Positions 51,100-64,000 of a DNA stretch of 64,000 nucleotides are shown piece after piece. The notes under the pieces are model-generated. The model was given only the letters and a program-made list of their open reading frames with translations. It searched no databases and was not told the DNA's origin. Within the stretch, counting starts at the first letter, position 1, and each line of letters begins with the position of its first letter. Source of the DNA: Gnetum montanum. Taxonomy: Eukaryota; Plantae; Gnetophyta. The stretch is taken from positions 624,612-688,611 of the forward strand of contig MNCI01000596.1 in NCBI GenBank assembly GCA_015680685.1, in the 5' to 3' direction. The position numbers were made by a program, and so were the translations under genes.

Positions 51100-53750
51100 C
51101 ACTTGATTCTACCTACTTAAGTTCTCAAGGGAGTTTCATTGGCTAACTTTACCAAGTATAAATAAGAAACAAATCTCATAATCATGTTATCATCTTTTGC
51201 AAAATGTGCATGCTATTAGCTAGCTACTTTCATATCATTCTAAGAAGTTTTTCAAGTTCATTGATAGGTAAAACACATAAATGATATAGAGAAATCCCTC
51301 ATAGGTTCATCATCTCATTGGAGTATCTCGTTAGAGCCTTTGTGGAGAGATTCAATACAATATCAATAGGGGGCATTTGTGGAAACTCTTGGCCATCAAG
51401 TAGAATTCCACCAAATCTATCTTTAAATTCATCTCTAGGTGGACTTTTGCAATGATGGAACTCATCCATTCATTGCTTAATGATCAACTATTAGAAATTT
51501 TTTTGGAAGCTAGTACTAACTACATTAGAGGTAAGCTAGTCTACCCTAGGCCTCTTAGTCTTCATGATGCCATCACTTCAACCAAACACATTAACGAGGT
51601 GGCTATCCCATATAATTATACCAAATTTGTGAAATTTGAAAAAAAAAAAAACTAATAAGGTAGTAAAAGAGAAGGCTACATAGAATGCATAACAAATAGT
51701 GTCTTTGGTGAATTAAACTTCACTAGCATCCTCATCCATTACCAATAATGTTAGAAAAACTTTATTCAATGATACCAAGCAAAGTAGATAACCCAAGGAT
51801 CAATCAAAATATCATAATTTTTGATAACCTATACTCAGCTTTATAATACATTACAAAGAGAGAGGTACATAACCCCAAAATAGGTCTTGAAGTAATCATA
51901 GGCTAGATTTAGATGGTTGCAAACTCTAGTCATAGATCATTCTTAATGCATAGAAGGAGATCCACTAGTCCTAAGGTGTTATAATCCTAAAAACTTATAC
52001 TATTATCATGAGGCTATAGGTCATGAAATTGATGATTGTAATGCACTCCAGGATGATATTCAAGCTTTATTTAAAAAAGAAAAAAAAAGTCTTTGACACA
52101 ACAGTTTAACCCAATAATTAATACATGTAGATTTTGCAAGATTCCTTGAGTTTTCATTTGAGGATAGTATTTGAATTTTGTGTTGAACCCAAAGGTAATC
52201 ATCTTAAAATCTCATTTGTTATCTATATGGGTTCCTTTCAAATAAATTTCTAGGTATTCTCATAAACTAATCCTCCTATATTCAAGAAGCCTTTTGTTAT
52301 CAATTTTCCTATAGATGGTTCCTCTACCCTAGCTACCCAAAAGGCATGAAGAATGCCATTTTTCATAGATCTCACATCATACTATGATGCTCCTTTTGTT
52401 GTGCCACTTACTTCCTCCCCCCACAGAAAGAAAATTCCATGAATTTCATCTTTCCATAGCCACAAAGGAGTAGGTTACCCTTGCCTACTTCATCTCATCC
52501 AATTGATTCTCCTCTTATTTTTCCTTATGCATTGTCTTTTCCATCTTACCCTTATTTTTATCCATCTTACAAAAACTATCATTTCTTTCTACTTTTACAA
52601 CTCTAATTTATATCCTTACCTAAGCATAAAAGAAGATAACATCTAAATAAAAATAAGGGAAGGATCAATCCAAAAAGTAATCTTCCTCATAGTGAAAGAA
52701 GAAGATAGCAATCTAGAATTCTCAAAATACATCTATGCCTACTCTAATAGCTACTTCAGCTACTTCATCATCAATTTCTCCTATAGCTATTACCAAGGAT
52801 GCAACCCTTGGGGGAAAAGATTTGTCTCAAATTGCAACATCAATAAAATCAAAGGGAATAAATATCTTTCTCTTTTTAATCTTATATCAACTTCTTGGAA
52901 GCATCATTTGGCATTGGAAGTACTCTTCAAGTCCATCACAATTTTAGCAAACATCTAACTTCATATTCAAGGTATTTTATTAGTACTCAATGCTTCATGA
53001 TATGAGGTGTATTACTTGGTATTCAAAGAGAAGAACATTGAAAACCATTATGTTATAAGTGTTGTATGCCAACTTTTCATCTACATTATCATATAGATCA
53101 ATAAAAACGTGACACTATCTTTAGTGCTTGTGGATGATGGAGTTGGACCTAGTGTCATTTCATGGACTATCATTGAACATCCTGGACTTGAAAAATATGT
53201 TATGTACTCCAACTCAAAATATACTTTAATTTTATTTATTGGAGCTAGAGCAAAGATCATAGGCTCGATTAAATAACCTTTCTTAATGAGAAATTATATT
53301 ACTTTGGAAGCTATTTTTGCAGTAATTAGGGACTCCTCAAGGATAAACTTAGAAAGGCCCTAGCTAGCTTATCATCACATAGTTTTCTCATCTATACACC
53401 AAGAGATACACTTTTCATGTAAGGATAGGGAAGCAATCATTCACCTTAGTCTTGAAGTCTTTATCATCTTCTACCTAAATGTACTAGAAGAAACTTCATT
53501 AGGCTTCCAACCTATTACCATGGGCTAAATGCCATCATTAGAACAAACTAATGATCCTTATGTTAGCATTCCATGGTCATCTAATTATTACAAGTGTATA
53601 GATTTTGGCTTTGGTGAAGTAGACATTGTAGAATTTATTAAAAGTATTAAGGATTCTATCCTTTCTCAAGCCAAGAAACCTTTACCAACATATCCCCTAG
53701 CTAAGAATCATATTATCTTTACCTTGTTATCTTCATGTTTTTAATATATC
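51100..53750 (+). mobile_element. Decayed Tat-like Ty3/gypsy gag-protease
   Basis: FVERFN; zinc-knuckle-like YH..IGHEIDDCNALQDDIQ; protease VLVDDG and L.RP(W)L. Confidence 0.6.
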
Positions 53751-56649
53751 TTATAGGTTTATCTTAATAAGCTATGTTTACTCAATTTACTTACTTTACA
53801 CTATTTTATTTTAGGTTATTTCTTTTTCTTAATTCATGTATTTTTTGCTAGCTTTAATTTTTATACATTATTTTCATCTAGTACTTTATTTCTTCTTGTT
53901 TTACACCTTAGCTATCAAAATCAAAAACTATGAAAACATGAAGATATGAAATGTAAAAATCCCATAAAAAATAGAAAACTTAAAAACATAAACATATAAA
54001 ACACAAAATCTATAAATAGTACCATTCATCATTTTAGCATAGTTTCCTGTACTATCGCTCTTTGTACCATAGTTTCCAATCTTCAAAATGTTCATTTAAA
54101 TACATATAAAATACAAACACATTCATTTAGCAAAGACATCAAGACCAAAAGCATAATCAAAATGCAACCACTACTTCTTCTTTATCTCTTTTCTCTATAG
54201 GCATCACCTCTATAGTTTGTGTGGTTCACATCTCTCTTTCCTTTTTACATTTTTCATTTATCATTTTTTCCCAATCCTATGAGTAATTTTTCCCTTAATC
54301 AAACTTGAGGCTAACTATCATAACCATGCTCATCCTCAAACTATAATTAGCTTAACCACCATTATTCTAAGTGCCTCATCTATGCTTTGTTGGGAGCATT
54401 TTAGCTATGGGCATATTTTTATATGCAACAACATAATCTATTATCATGTAATAGCCATGTTTCAATTCATGTTGGGGATGATCCCTTCATCATCAATAAA
54501 GATCTTGGTAATGCAGTGTATTATTTGGTGGATTTAAATGGAAATTGAGATTTATATCTTGTTAGTTAAGTCTACATCAAGAAAAACTACACATGATGCT
54601 TAAAAAAGAATGAAATAAAAAAATATGAAGCATCATCAAATTTTCTCTAACTATTCTTTTTTTTTTACTTTATCTATGTTTTATTGCATTGATTTCAATT
54701 TCCTTCCTATCATGGTTTTTATCCTCTTTTTTTTCTCCTTCTTTATTTTGCTACCATTCTTCTATATCTCTCTATCATTAAAGTTCATATATTCCCTCAT
54801 ATTTTTTGCTTATTCCATTCTACTAATATTTTTTCCTAGTAGCACACTATGATGAGGATGTTTATTGATAGTCTACCTCATGTAGAGAGTAATGAGTATT
54901 TTATCATTTTTTACTTCATGCAAGGATGTTTAAGTTTGAGTAGGATAGGAAGACAATTTATCAATTTCTTAATCATCAACAAGAATTTGAGTATTAGATT
55001 AATTCATGCTTGAATTATAGGGCATAACATCGTAAGTGGGTGTATAGGTAATTTTTGGCACATTTTGGTTATTTAATGGAGCAGAAAAACATTTTAGGCA
55101 TGGAGTTCAATGGTTTAGGAGGTGTAAGTATAATAATAAAGTCCTTTGATTTATGGTTATATAAAGGCATATTGAGTGATTTTTATAATGAGTTTTTTCT
55201 TCTCTACCAATGTTAAAATTATTGTTGAGAACTTGGCATTTTGGGAAAAAGGATACAACATTCATCACAAAGATGCAGAAAAACTTAATTCTTTTTCTTA
55301 TAAGGGTGAAATGTATGAAGTAACAAATACTGGTTCATCATTTGAATCATCTTTAAAGGAAACGCTATCTTTACTAATGCAGACAAATCCCAATTCACAA
55401 CAAAATTATCATCCATTGTCCCTACAACCAACACCCAAGGTAATTGTATCTTCAAGAAAATATTTACAACTTTTGTGACATATACAAGATGAAGAAGTTG
55501 CTAATAAGAGAATAACAATATGCTCTACCCAATAGGATTCTATAAGTAAAATTGGATGGTAGCTATCTCTTATTGATAAATTTTCAAAAAATTTCTTAAA
55601 TTGTTAGCAAATTATTTAGTTGATTTTGAATCTAGTTTGATGATTCAAAATTATCATTTTAGAATTTTCTATGCTACTATCTTTACCAGTGAAAGAGTGA
55701 AGAGTAAATATAAAATTTAGAAATTTAGGTTGATGCAAGATTGAAATAGAGAATGCTATTGAAAGAGGAAAGAGATCCTCATATAACTTGGGCAAAAAAA
55801 TCATTTAATTAAGTAAAGGAAAATTCTCACAAATCCAGATTGATGATAGCTGCGATTGCTAATGAACAAAAGGTATTTAGCCTTCTTGGGTAAGCCCATC
55901 ATGATGGCATACAATGGAGCAATGATCTTCCTCCTAGTTAACAAATGATGGAAAAACAAAGACATATTTCATGATGAATTCCTATGCACTGCCAGTGGAA
56001 ATTAAAAATACATTTTTCATTATAATCTCTAACAATGGTGGTACCATTAATTTTTTAGTTTGTACTAGTAGTAGTGATCCCAATTGTGCATTTAAATCTG
56101 AACCTTCTTAGCACTAAAACCTTGTGGTTGATTTCTACATAGATGCAAATCATGTTAGTGCTCGAATTTGATCCATTTGTGAAGGTAAGGATTAGGGTTT
56201 AGTTAAAGAATGCTTCTATGGCCTGTAATTTTCTCTACCACTTGTCATCATTCTTTCAGTTGTTTCTTGTGTTTGTGCTTTTCCATTTCCACCTAGTAGT
56301 TGCCATTGCAGGTGTGCTATTGAGAATCTCCTTGAATTTCTATGAGAATCATGAGCTTGAGCATGTTGCAATGAATTTGGGAAAATTGATCATACAAGAA
56401 GCTGAACACTACCTCAAATCCATGTAAATGCCTCCTTCATTGTTGGCGTGAAGAAGTACTAATTGCCATAATGATGTTTACACCTTTAAAACCATGGGAC
56501 CTGGCATAATTTTATTAAAACAAATGTTCCATTGGGCTTGAGAGTTGGTCTTACTACCACAAGGACTAGCCGTTGCATCGATGAGTTGCCAAGATAAAAT
56601 CACTTAATTTGATTATCAATTGGGATGCTTTGGTGCATTATAAACAAGA

Positions 56650-58142
56650 TTAATTTAACATTGGAGTAAAAATTTTAAAAGATATTCATATTATGATTTA
56701 GGAAAAAGGGAAGATTTATGTACGTTTGGTAAATATTAGTTTATTTTCTATGAGAACTAAACCTTCCCGTGAAAGTTGCAACTTCATGATAGTTACAACC
56801 AAATCTCCAAGATATTTGTAGCTAATTTCGATTTTTTCCATTACCAAGGAGACACTTGCCAAATGTGGCTTAAAAATATCTTAACTTCCCATGGAAGTTG
56901 TAACTCCTTAGGTGGTTAAAATTGAAATTTCTAGATATTTGTTACTCATCCTTAACCTCTCATGATTATTGTAACTACCCAAAGTCACTATAAAAAAGCT
57001 TTAAAGGTAGAATGGAAGGGGGATTTGGGAAAAGACACTTGAAGAATTCTTGTAAGATGGATTGCTAAAGACATTAAATTGACTACTTTGTTATAATCTT
57101 GTGAGCTCATTTCTTCCCAATTTGTCTTAGTTGCTTAGCTAATAGTTTAGATAGTATTGTGCTTGGCATTTAGTTTTGGGATTTGTTTTAGGTTGCTTTT
57201 ATAGCTCTATTTTCACATAATATTAGACTTCTATTAATATTTTCCATAGAAGGGCTCATGTTGTTGAAAGCCATAAAAGCAATTTAATAGTAATGTCTCA
57301 ATGAAATTGTCTATTTTGAGCATAAAGGATCTAGGAAAATATTTGATATTTTGATGAGACCAAAATAGCTTCTTTATTTTTAGAGTGTATTTCCTTAGCA
57401 TTTAAATTAAGAAATAGTCAAATTTTTTGAAAGCTCTATTGAATGCAATCTTTGACAACTATTAACTAGTCAAAATACAAGATTGTACTTAGTACTTTAT
57501 GCAGTGATTTTTGGTAGTATAATAAAATCATCTTTTGTAAAATTGCTTATTGAGCTTAGAAATTTTGGACAATTCATAGTTATTGAATTAGTAATAGCTT
57601 TAATGTGAAGTATTTACTCATATCAATTTATCGTGCTTAAATATTTGAGGTTTCACATGAATCTGCTTTCTCTTCTTTCTCATTCTGAGTCCATTGAATC
57701 TCGCTCTATTTCTAGTTTTCTTGTGGAACTTTCTCTCTGGGTGAAATTAGGAGTAGATTGGAAGAATTTTCTTCATATGTTTTTGAAAAATTTTATTTGT
57801 TACAAGTAGGTAATATAAGGACTATATAGACTAGCTGACTTGACAAAATAGGAATCTCCAACAATGCACAGTATTTGACAAAATTAGTCGAATCTCTTTT
57901 ATGATAGCCAATTATAGTTTCATATACAACCCAACCACTCCAAAATTCACAACAACAAACACATACTCATGATTAGTTCATTTCATAACTACTTAGTTTA
58001 TTTGGAAGTATTTAGGCCTTGGTGTTGCTAGAGACTAGCAAGCACCTAAACCCTATTTGAAGAACACCTTCGATCTTGTTACTCCTTGAAAAGGTCATAA
58101 AAATAGAGGCTCCCCAACATTGGTAGTCCCAAATGGTCACCA
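56650..58142 (+). repeat. Dispersed LTR-like repeat, copy 2
   Basis: Homologous to the reverse complement of 35712-37150; left boundary approximate. Confidence 0.8.
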
Positions 58143-58804
58143 ATGGTAATATTCTTTATTTATTTTCTAGTTTTATTATTTTTTGAATTTTGTAACTCTA
58201 TATTTTATCTCTCCTCTTTTATGTTTCCCTAACTTCCTTTTCTATCTCATTTCCTTTTCCTCTCATCAACATATCAATGAGCATTAACTAATTCTATTTT
58301 ATTTTAGTAAGGATATGTTTAGAGCTTGAGTGGAATAAGTTATGAATATCATCAATGACATTCACTTGGTTATATTATGTATAGGATTTAGCCATGCCCC
58401 CCTTCTATGAGATAACACTATACTTATGATTGATTTATTGATGATATCCTTGCATTCTCCTCTTCTCCTAATTTGTTCCTCAATAATTATTTTATAAGTA
58501 TATCAATTAATCCTTATATTTTTGATGGATCCTTCTTCACCAACTTAGCCACATCCACTAGGAGGAGGTAATGTTGCATTCACTTTTTTGGTTTGCTAGT
58601 GATCAAGACTACGCATGGTTTCAACATCATCTTATTCAAATTTCAGCATTAGGATATCCCAAAAACAATGTTGCAAGAAACATTTCAAGGATTTTAAGGC
58701 CTCCAAGAACTATTCCAATCCATAACCTAGCATATAAAAATCAATTTCTGTGACCCTAGAAAATTTAGGATGGAAATTATTCTAAGTGGTCTAGGTGATG
58801 TAGA

Positions 58805-61800
58805 TGTTGATGCTAACTATCGATCTTTTGGTATGTCAAAACCTTAGAAAATGGAGAATGTAGAAAATGTGTTTTGCATGATGTTGCAGGGTTGAAAAAT
58901 AACAAGATAAGAATAAGATGATGAGATTAGAACATGCGCTTCATGGTTTAAGATAAATAGCAAAGATGATATATTAAAATGAGATCTACATCGAGATGAC
59001 TCAAAATGTTAACCTAGTTAAAAGATTTCAATGATGCGTATAAGTCAAAAGAAGATGTTTTGGTATCTTCCTAGACTTAGTTGTAGGCTAGATGTCCTAA
59101 TGAAATAGTAGATGTTTCAATTGTTACTGGGATGTCCCAATTTTTTGTGGGACATCCCACTTGAATGTAGACTATTTTCATAGAGATGTCTCAAGTTCAA
59201 ATGGGACATCCTAACTAGCCATTTCCTAGCTATTGCATGAATTCCAAAGATTTTTTGAAAAGTAAAAGGTTATAAAACAAGGTGGAATTCTTGGGAAACA
59301 ATACAAGAACTGTACATTGAAATATCCATCATTTTCTACATCAAAAGAATTGATTTTGTTTCTCATTTTCCATTATTTATGATTTGTTATGAATTATTGT
59401 ATGTGTGCGTAAGTGTAAAAAATTTGTAAAGATAGTTTCACTCTCTCATTGATCCTTTTTCATTTCTTTGTAAGCCCTATGGGGTTGATGTGCTTTGTGC
59501 GAGAAGACATCTTTGTTGATCTTGTCAGGATCTTGGGGGGTTGAGTGTGTTTGTAGTAACAAAACACTCTCTATGTAGAGCTTACATCTTTGTAAAGGTT
59601 ATGATGCCTTCTAAATCATATTTTTTAAAAAATTTATGGAGGTGTGTAGGGATTCTACCTTTCAAGGGTGGACATATCCGAGTTAGGGAACTAGATAAAA
59701 ATTGGATGCCATTTTTAATGTCTTGGTTATTTGAATTGGGAAAATTATTCAACCCCCCTTCTAAGTTGTTAGTCCTTAAGTGGTATTAGATCTCGGTACT
59801 CTCAAACTTGGAGGTTAACATCTCAAGAGTGAATAATGAAGGGATCTTATTTAATAAATCCACCAAAGTTATATGGATTCAACTTTAAAAGTTGAAGAGA
59901 TAAAAGTATAAGACTCATTGAATTCATCTTGGGAAGTTGCATACAGTTCATCTACCATAAAGGTAAGGCAAGTGGTAAGAAATGTAACTTCTCTAATCAT
60001 AATAATTCCTCTATGTAATGTTGGATATGTGATGGAAGAGGCCATATGACCTTCAAAACATCTTATACTTGTAGGTTGAATGAAGTAAAGTTTAGTAAAG
60101 AAATGAGAACTACCAACACTAGTATTAAGTGGGATGAAAAATGAAAATCTTACTATGCATCCAAAGACTCTTATTACTTATCTCTTGATTTGTTAAATCA
60201 AGTATCATAAATGATCCAACATCTTATGATGAAACTAAAGAAGATGAAATAAAGTGACAAGAAAGGTATGGGTTGCTTTGTAATGAGGTTATTTCCTTTT
60301 AGAATTTATGCTTCAAAATGAAAGAGATTTTGCATGATAAGAAAACTAAATTGAAACTCTTAATTTTGAATGTTTATATATTAAGAAAGAGAAATCAAAC
60401 CTAATAGCTATGGTTCAAAAGTTTAACAAGCGTTGTTGAGTAGACTAATAAGATGTTATTAGATGAAAAGGTGAACTTTAAAAGACACATTGAAGAGAGA
60501 GGTCAAGATCAAAGACATCTACACATCAAAGAATCATCATTAGGTTTTGCAAATTTAAAGAAATATTCTCCGATTTTTGAAAATTTAGTTAAATTTAAAA
60601 ACAAATAATTTGTTTCTATTATGGAAAAATCAAACATGTTTATGCTTGTTGTTATTTATGGTTAAAATACTAGGTCTTTTTCAAAACAACCTAGAAAAGC
60701 TACTTTGTAGGGAAAGAAAGTTTGGGGGAAAAAAGAGAAGAGCACTAAACATGGAATGATTGCAAAAATTTTACTTTTTGCTATTGAAATAAGCACATGG
60801 TACACTAACAATAGCTAGTTAAGACATATGATAGGAGAAAAATCTTAATTCATACACTTTTCAAAATAGAACTATGGGAATGTCACTTTTGAAGATGACA
60901 TGGAAGCTCTAATTAAAGGTATTGGTACCAATAGAGGTAAAGGTAAAGGTCAAACTACTTCCAGTAAAGTTTGTTTCATTCAAGGATCAAAACATAATCA
61001 TTTTAGTGTTAGTCAACTTTGCGATTCAAATTTTGATGTTACATTTTCTAAAGATACTTGTAAAATAAAAGATTTGCTATTCAAAAATGTTTTTATCAAA
61101 GGAAACAAAAAGGAAAATGTTTATACTACTATTTTTTGGTGATAATCCTAACCTTGAATCTAAGTTCTTGATCATCGATATGATGTTCATTCGTGGCATA
61201 GGAAACTAGGTCACATAAATAAAGATATTCTTGAAATCATTGTCTCAAAAGAGATGGTTCAAGGATTGTCAAAACTCAAGGATTTATCTTTGAATACTTG
61301 TGAGGCTTGTCTAAAAGGAAAGCAAACAAGGGTAAGGTTTGGTAAGATAAATTACATCTCTACCTCTCATCCTTTAGATTTACTTCACATGGATTTCATT
61401 CGTCCTTCTCAAACTCTTAGTTTGGAAAAGAAAAGGTATTCTTTGATGATTGTTGATGATTTCTCATGATTTACTTGGGTTACCTTCTTATATCGTAACA
61501 ATGAAGTTTTTTATCATTTTATGAAAATTTTTAATCAAACATAGAATGAAAAAGATTATGGTATCAAGGTCATTAGAAGGGACAATGGAGGAGAATTCAA
61601 GAATGCTAAGTTTGAATAATATTATTAGATGAATGACATTCTATATTAAGTTTTTGCCCTTAGGACTCCTTAATAGAGTGGTGTTGTGAAAAGAAAAAAT
61701 AGAATCTTGAAGGAAATGGAGAGAACTATTTTGAATGAAAAAAATATTTCTTATCACTTTTGGGTTAAAGTGATCAACACTGCTTGCTATGTCTCCAATA

Positions 61801-62378
61801 GAATTATGGTAAGAAGATTCACTATTAAAAATCCTTATCAATTATTGACTGGTAGAAAGCCACATGTTGGTTATTTTCATGTTTTTGTGTTAAAATGTTA
61901 TATTCTTAATGACAAAGATGCTTTGAGAAAATTTGGTCCCAAAAATGATGAGAAAATATTTCTTGAATATTCATCTATTAGTAGGGCTTATAGAGTTTTC
62001 AACAAAAGAACTAACACTATAGAGGAAACTATAAACATTAAAATAGATGATAGTGATGGTCATACTCCATATTCTAATGATGCAGAACTTCCTATCCAAA
62101 AGATATCTAGCACTTTCCAAGTTCAAATTGACAGAGTTAGAAATAAGAAGTGAGCATGAGATTACCTCTTCAACTCAGCCCAAAATGCCTAGACTTAAAA
62201 GATCACATTCTCTCAATGATGTTATTAGGAAATTAAAAATGGAATTCAAACTAGGAGCTAAACAAAAAAAAAAAAAATGTGCTTATGCTGCATATCTTTC
62301 ACAACTTGAACCAAAAAATTTTGAAGAGGTAGAAACATAAGAAGAATGGATCTCAACTATGAAAGAGAAACTAAATCA
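58805..62378 (+). mobile_element. Decayed Sirevirus (SIRE)-like Ty1/copia: 5' LTR about 58805-59778, PBS 59781-59792, gag, PR, INT, start of RT
   Basis: C-rich ATTCAACCCCCCTTCT motif near the LTR end; Met PBS tggtattagatc; WY..S..RHM.G; WHRKLGHIN; CEACLKGKQ; LLHMD; IRRDNGGEF; EPKNFEE. Confidence 0.88.
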
Positions 62379-64000
62379 TGTTGCACCTAAAAAATTCAAT
62401 CACTAGAAAAACCAAAAATCCTAGGTGCAAAATAGTTTTGATCTTGAATCCCAAGGGCCTTTGAGAAAGAGGATTGAAGGTGCCCTAGATAGTTTGGCTG
62501 ATCACCCAAGGACTTAAAGAATGTAAATAGGAAAAAATTGAATTGCAAATTCAAATTAAAAATAAAAATGGGATTAAACTTAAAATAAAATTTTCACTAT
62601 AAATGAACTAATAAAATTTAATTAAATAGAAAAAAAATGCTTAAAGTATATAGTTAAAGGAGTACAAATTTTGTGCTCAAATGCATAAGAAGCTTGTTTG
62701 GATGGAGCTTGAAGCCTGTTGGAGCTGGTAGGTTGTATTTTGTAGTTAAACTCTATGATCTAGATACTCCCCAACCCCAATCATTAAGAGCTTCTTGTTG
62801 GTTTTTTCTTGAATCTACAACTTTGGTGAAGGTGGTCTAAATGGTGGTGTTTGATCCTTGTAGCAATGGTACTATGCTAATAGTCTCTGGTGCTTAGACA
62901 AATACCAGTTTGCTCTAAGAGTCCTGCAAATGCCAAAATGGGTTTAAAGTACTAAAGGTCTCCAAGGTTGTATGGTTGCTAAAAATGTTTGGAACTTGAA
63001 TTATATGTTTGAGTTTGGATTTTATAGGCTTCAAGGTTGCTAATTTTAGGCTACAAATTTCTACCATGATTGCTGATAGATTGATGTTGTTTGTAGGTAA
63101 AATAGGACATAATTCCCAATGTAGCTATCCATTTATGACAAGTTTTAATACCCTAGGATCATCAAAATTACATTGGATACTAAAAATAGTAAGTGAAATT
63201 TTGTGACCATAATGGCTTTACTTCAACTATGCTGGCCTTGGAAAGCTACACCAACATACAGGTAGTTCTGCTCCATGATCTCATTTCTAATAGAGTAGAG
63301 AGGCAATGGGCATATCAGAGGTAGCAAGGTAGATGTAAAAAGATTTATCCTTTTGTGAGGGATAGACCATAGATAGTTATACCAACTCTTGCTTAAGGTT
63401 TTCAAAGGCTTCTTGACATTGATCCATCCACTCATAGTGAACTCTTTTCTTAAGCAAGTTTTCCATTAGTTGTAACTTACCTATACACCTGGTGATGAAC
63501 CTATAGATAAATTATAATCCACCTTATAGTCCTTGAACCTCCTTAAGGTTAGTTAGTCCTTCCAAGTTGGATATGGCCTTAACTTTATTAGGATTGACAT
63601 GTATTCTTGCTTCAAATACTACAAGGCCAAGCATCTTACCAATTTTGATGCCAAAGACATACTTCTTGGAGTTAAGTCTAAGCTCATACTTGAGACATCG
63701 TTTTAGCACAATGTCAAGGTCATGCACATGGGCATTGGCCACTTTGGACTTAACAGCTATATTTTCTATGTAGTCATTGAGAAATCCTAGCATATAATCA
63801 CTAAAGATATATGTCATTACTCTTTGGTAGATTGCTCTTGCATTCTTTAGACCAAACAACATCATGATGTAACAAAAGGTACCTTAAGTAATCATGAACA
63901 TACAAAGTTGATGTTCTAGGTTAATTCTAATTTGGTTATATCCTAAGAACCCATCCATAAAGCATAATAAGGCATGCCTAGCCATAGTATCAATAAGTTG
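62379..64000 (-). mobile_element. Insertion truncating the SIRE element: LTR-like sequence, then Tat-like gypsy RT on the minus strand (63420-64000)
   Basis: The copia frame stops at TGTTGCACC (62379). Minus strand reads LMDGFLGYNQIR, MLFGLKNA.AIYQR and LRLNSKK..FG. Whether the LTR-like part and the RT belong to one element is uncertain. Confidence 0.7.

Noticed and set aside
55100-56580. hAT transposase remnants (MIAAIA-like and BED-like text)
   Set aside because: The weak motifs fall on opposite strands and no TIR or TSD was found; too decayed to call.

Overview
This is repeat-rich land-plant nuclear DNA. A gymnosperm-like host is inferred from the NLR style and the old nested retroelements; it is not proven. 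Most of the window is nested, decayed LTR retrotransposons. One near-complete Athila-type Ty3/gypsy element lies at 14468-24478, with both LTRs, a tRNA-Asp PBS and a 5-bp TSD. At least four more Athila-type LTRs or partial elements are present, plus Tat-like gypsy fragments, a decayed Ty1/copia and a Sirevirus-like copia. One host locus (about 4.7-10.4 kb) is a disrupted NLR-like gene: an N-terminal helical-bundle domain, a P-loop exon cassette repeated four times in tandem, no NB-ARC core, and LRRs split by a retroelement fragment. A CpG-retaining promoter-like island and an LRR fragment lie at 37.4-38.6 kb. The most notable signal is a repeated bulged RNA hairpin module in the U5 part of every Athila-type LTR. 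Its stems vary with compensatory changes while its internal loops stay constant, and some copies carry a multi-way junction of UUGGUAAyCCAG hairpins. The second is that the NLR exon tandem array has frameshifts that cancel, keeping the spliced frame open. All alignments and folds were done by eye, and boundaries of old elements are approximate.
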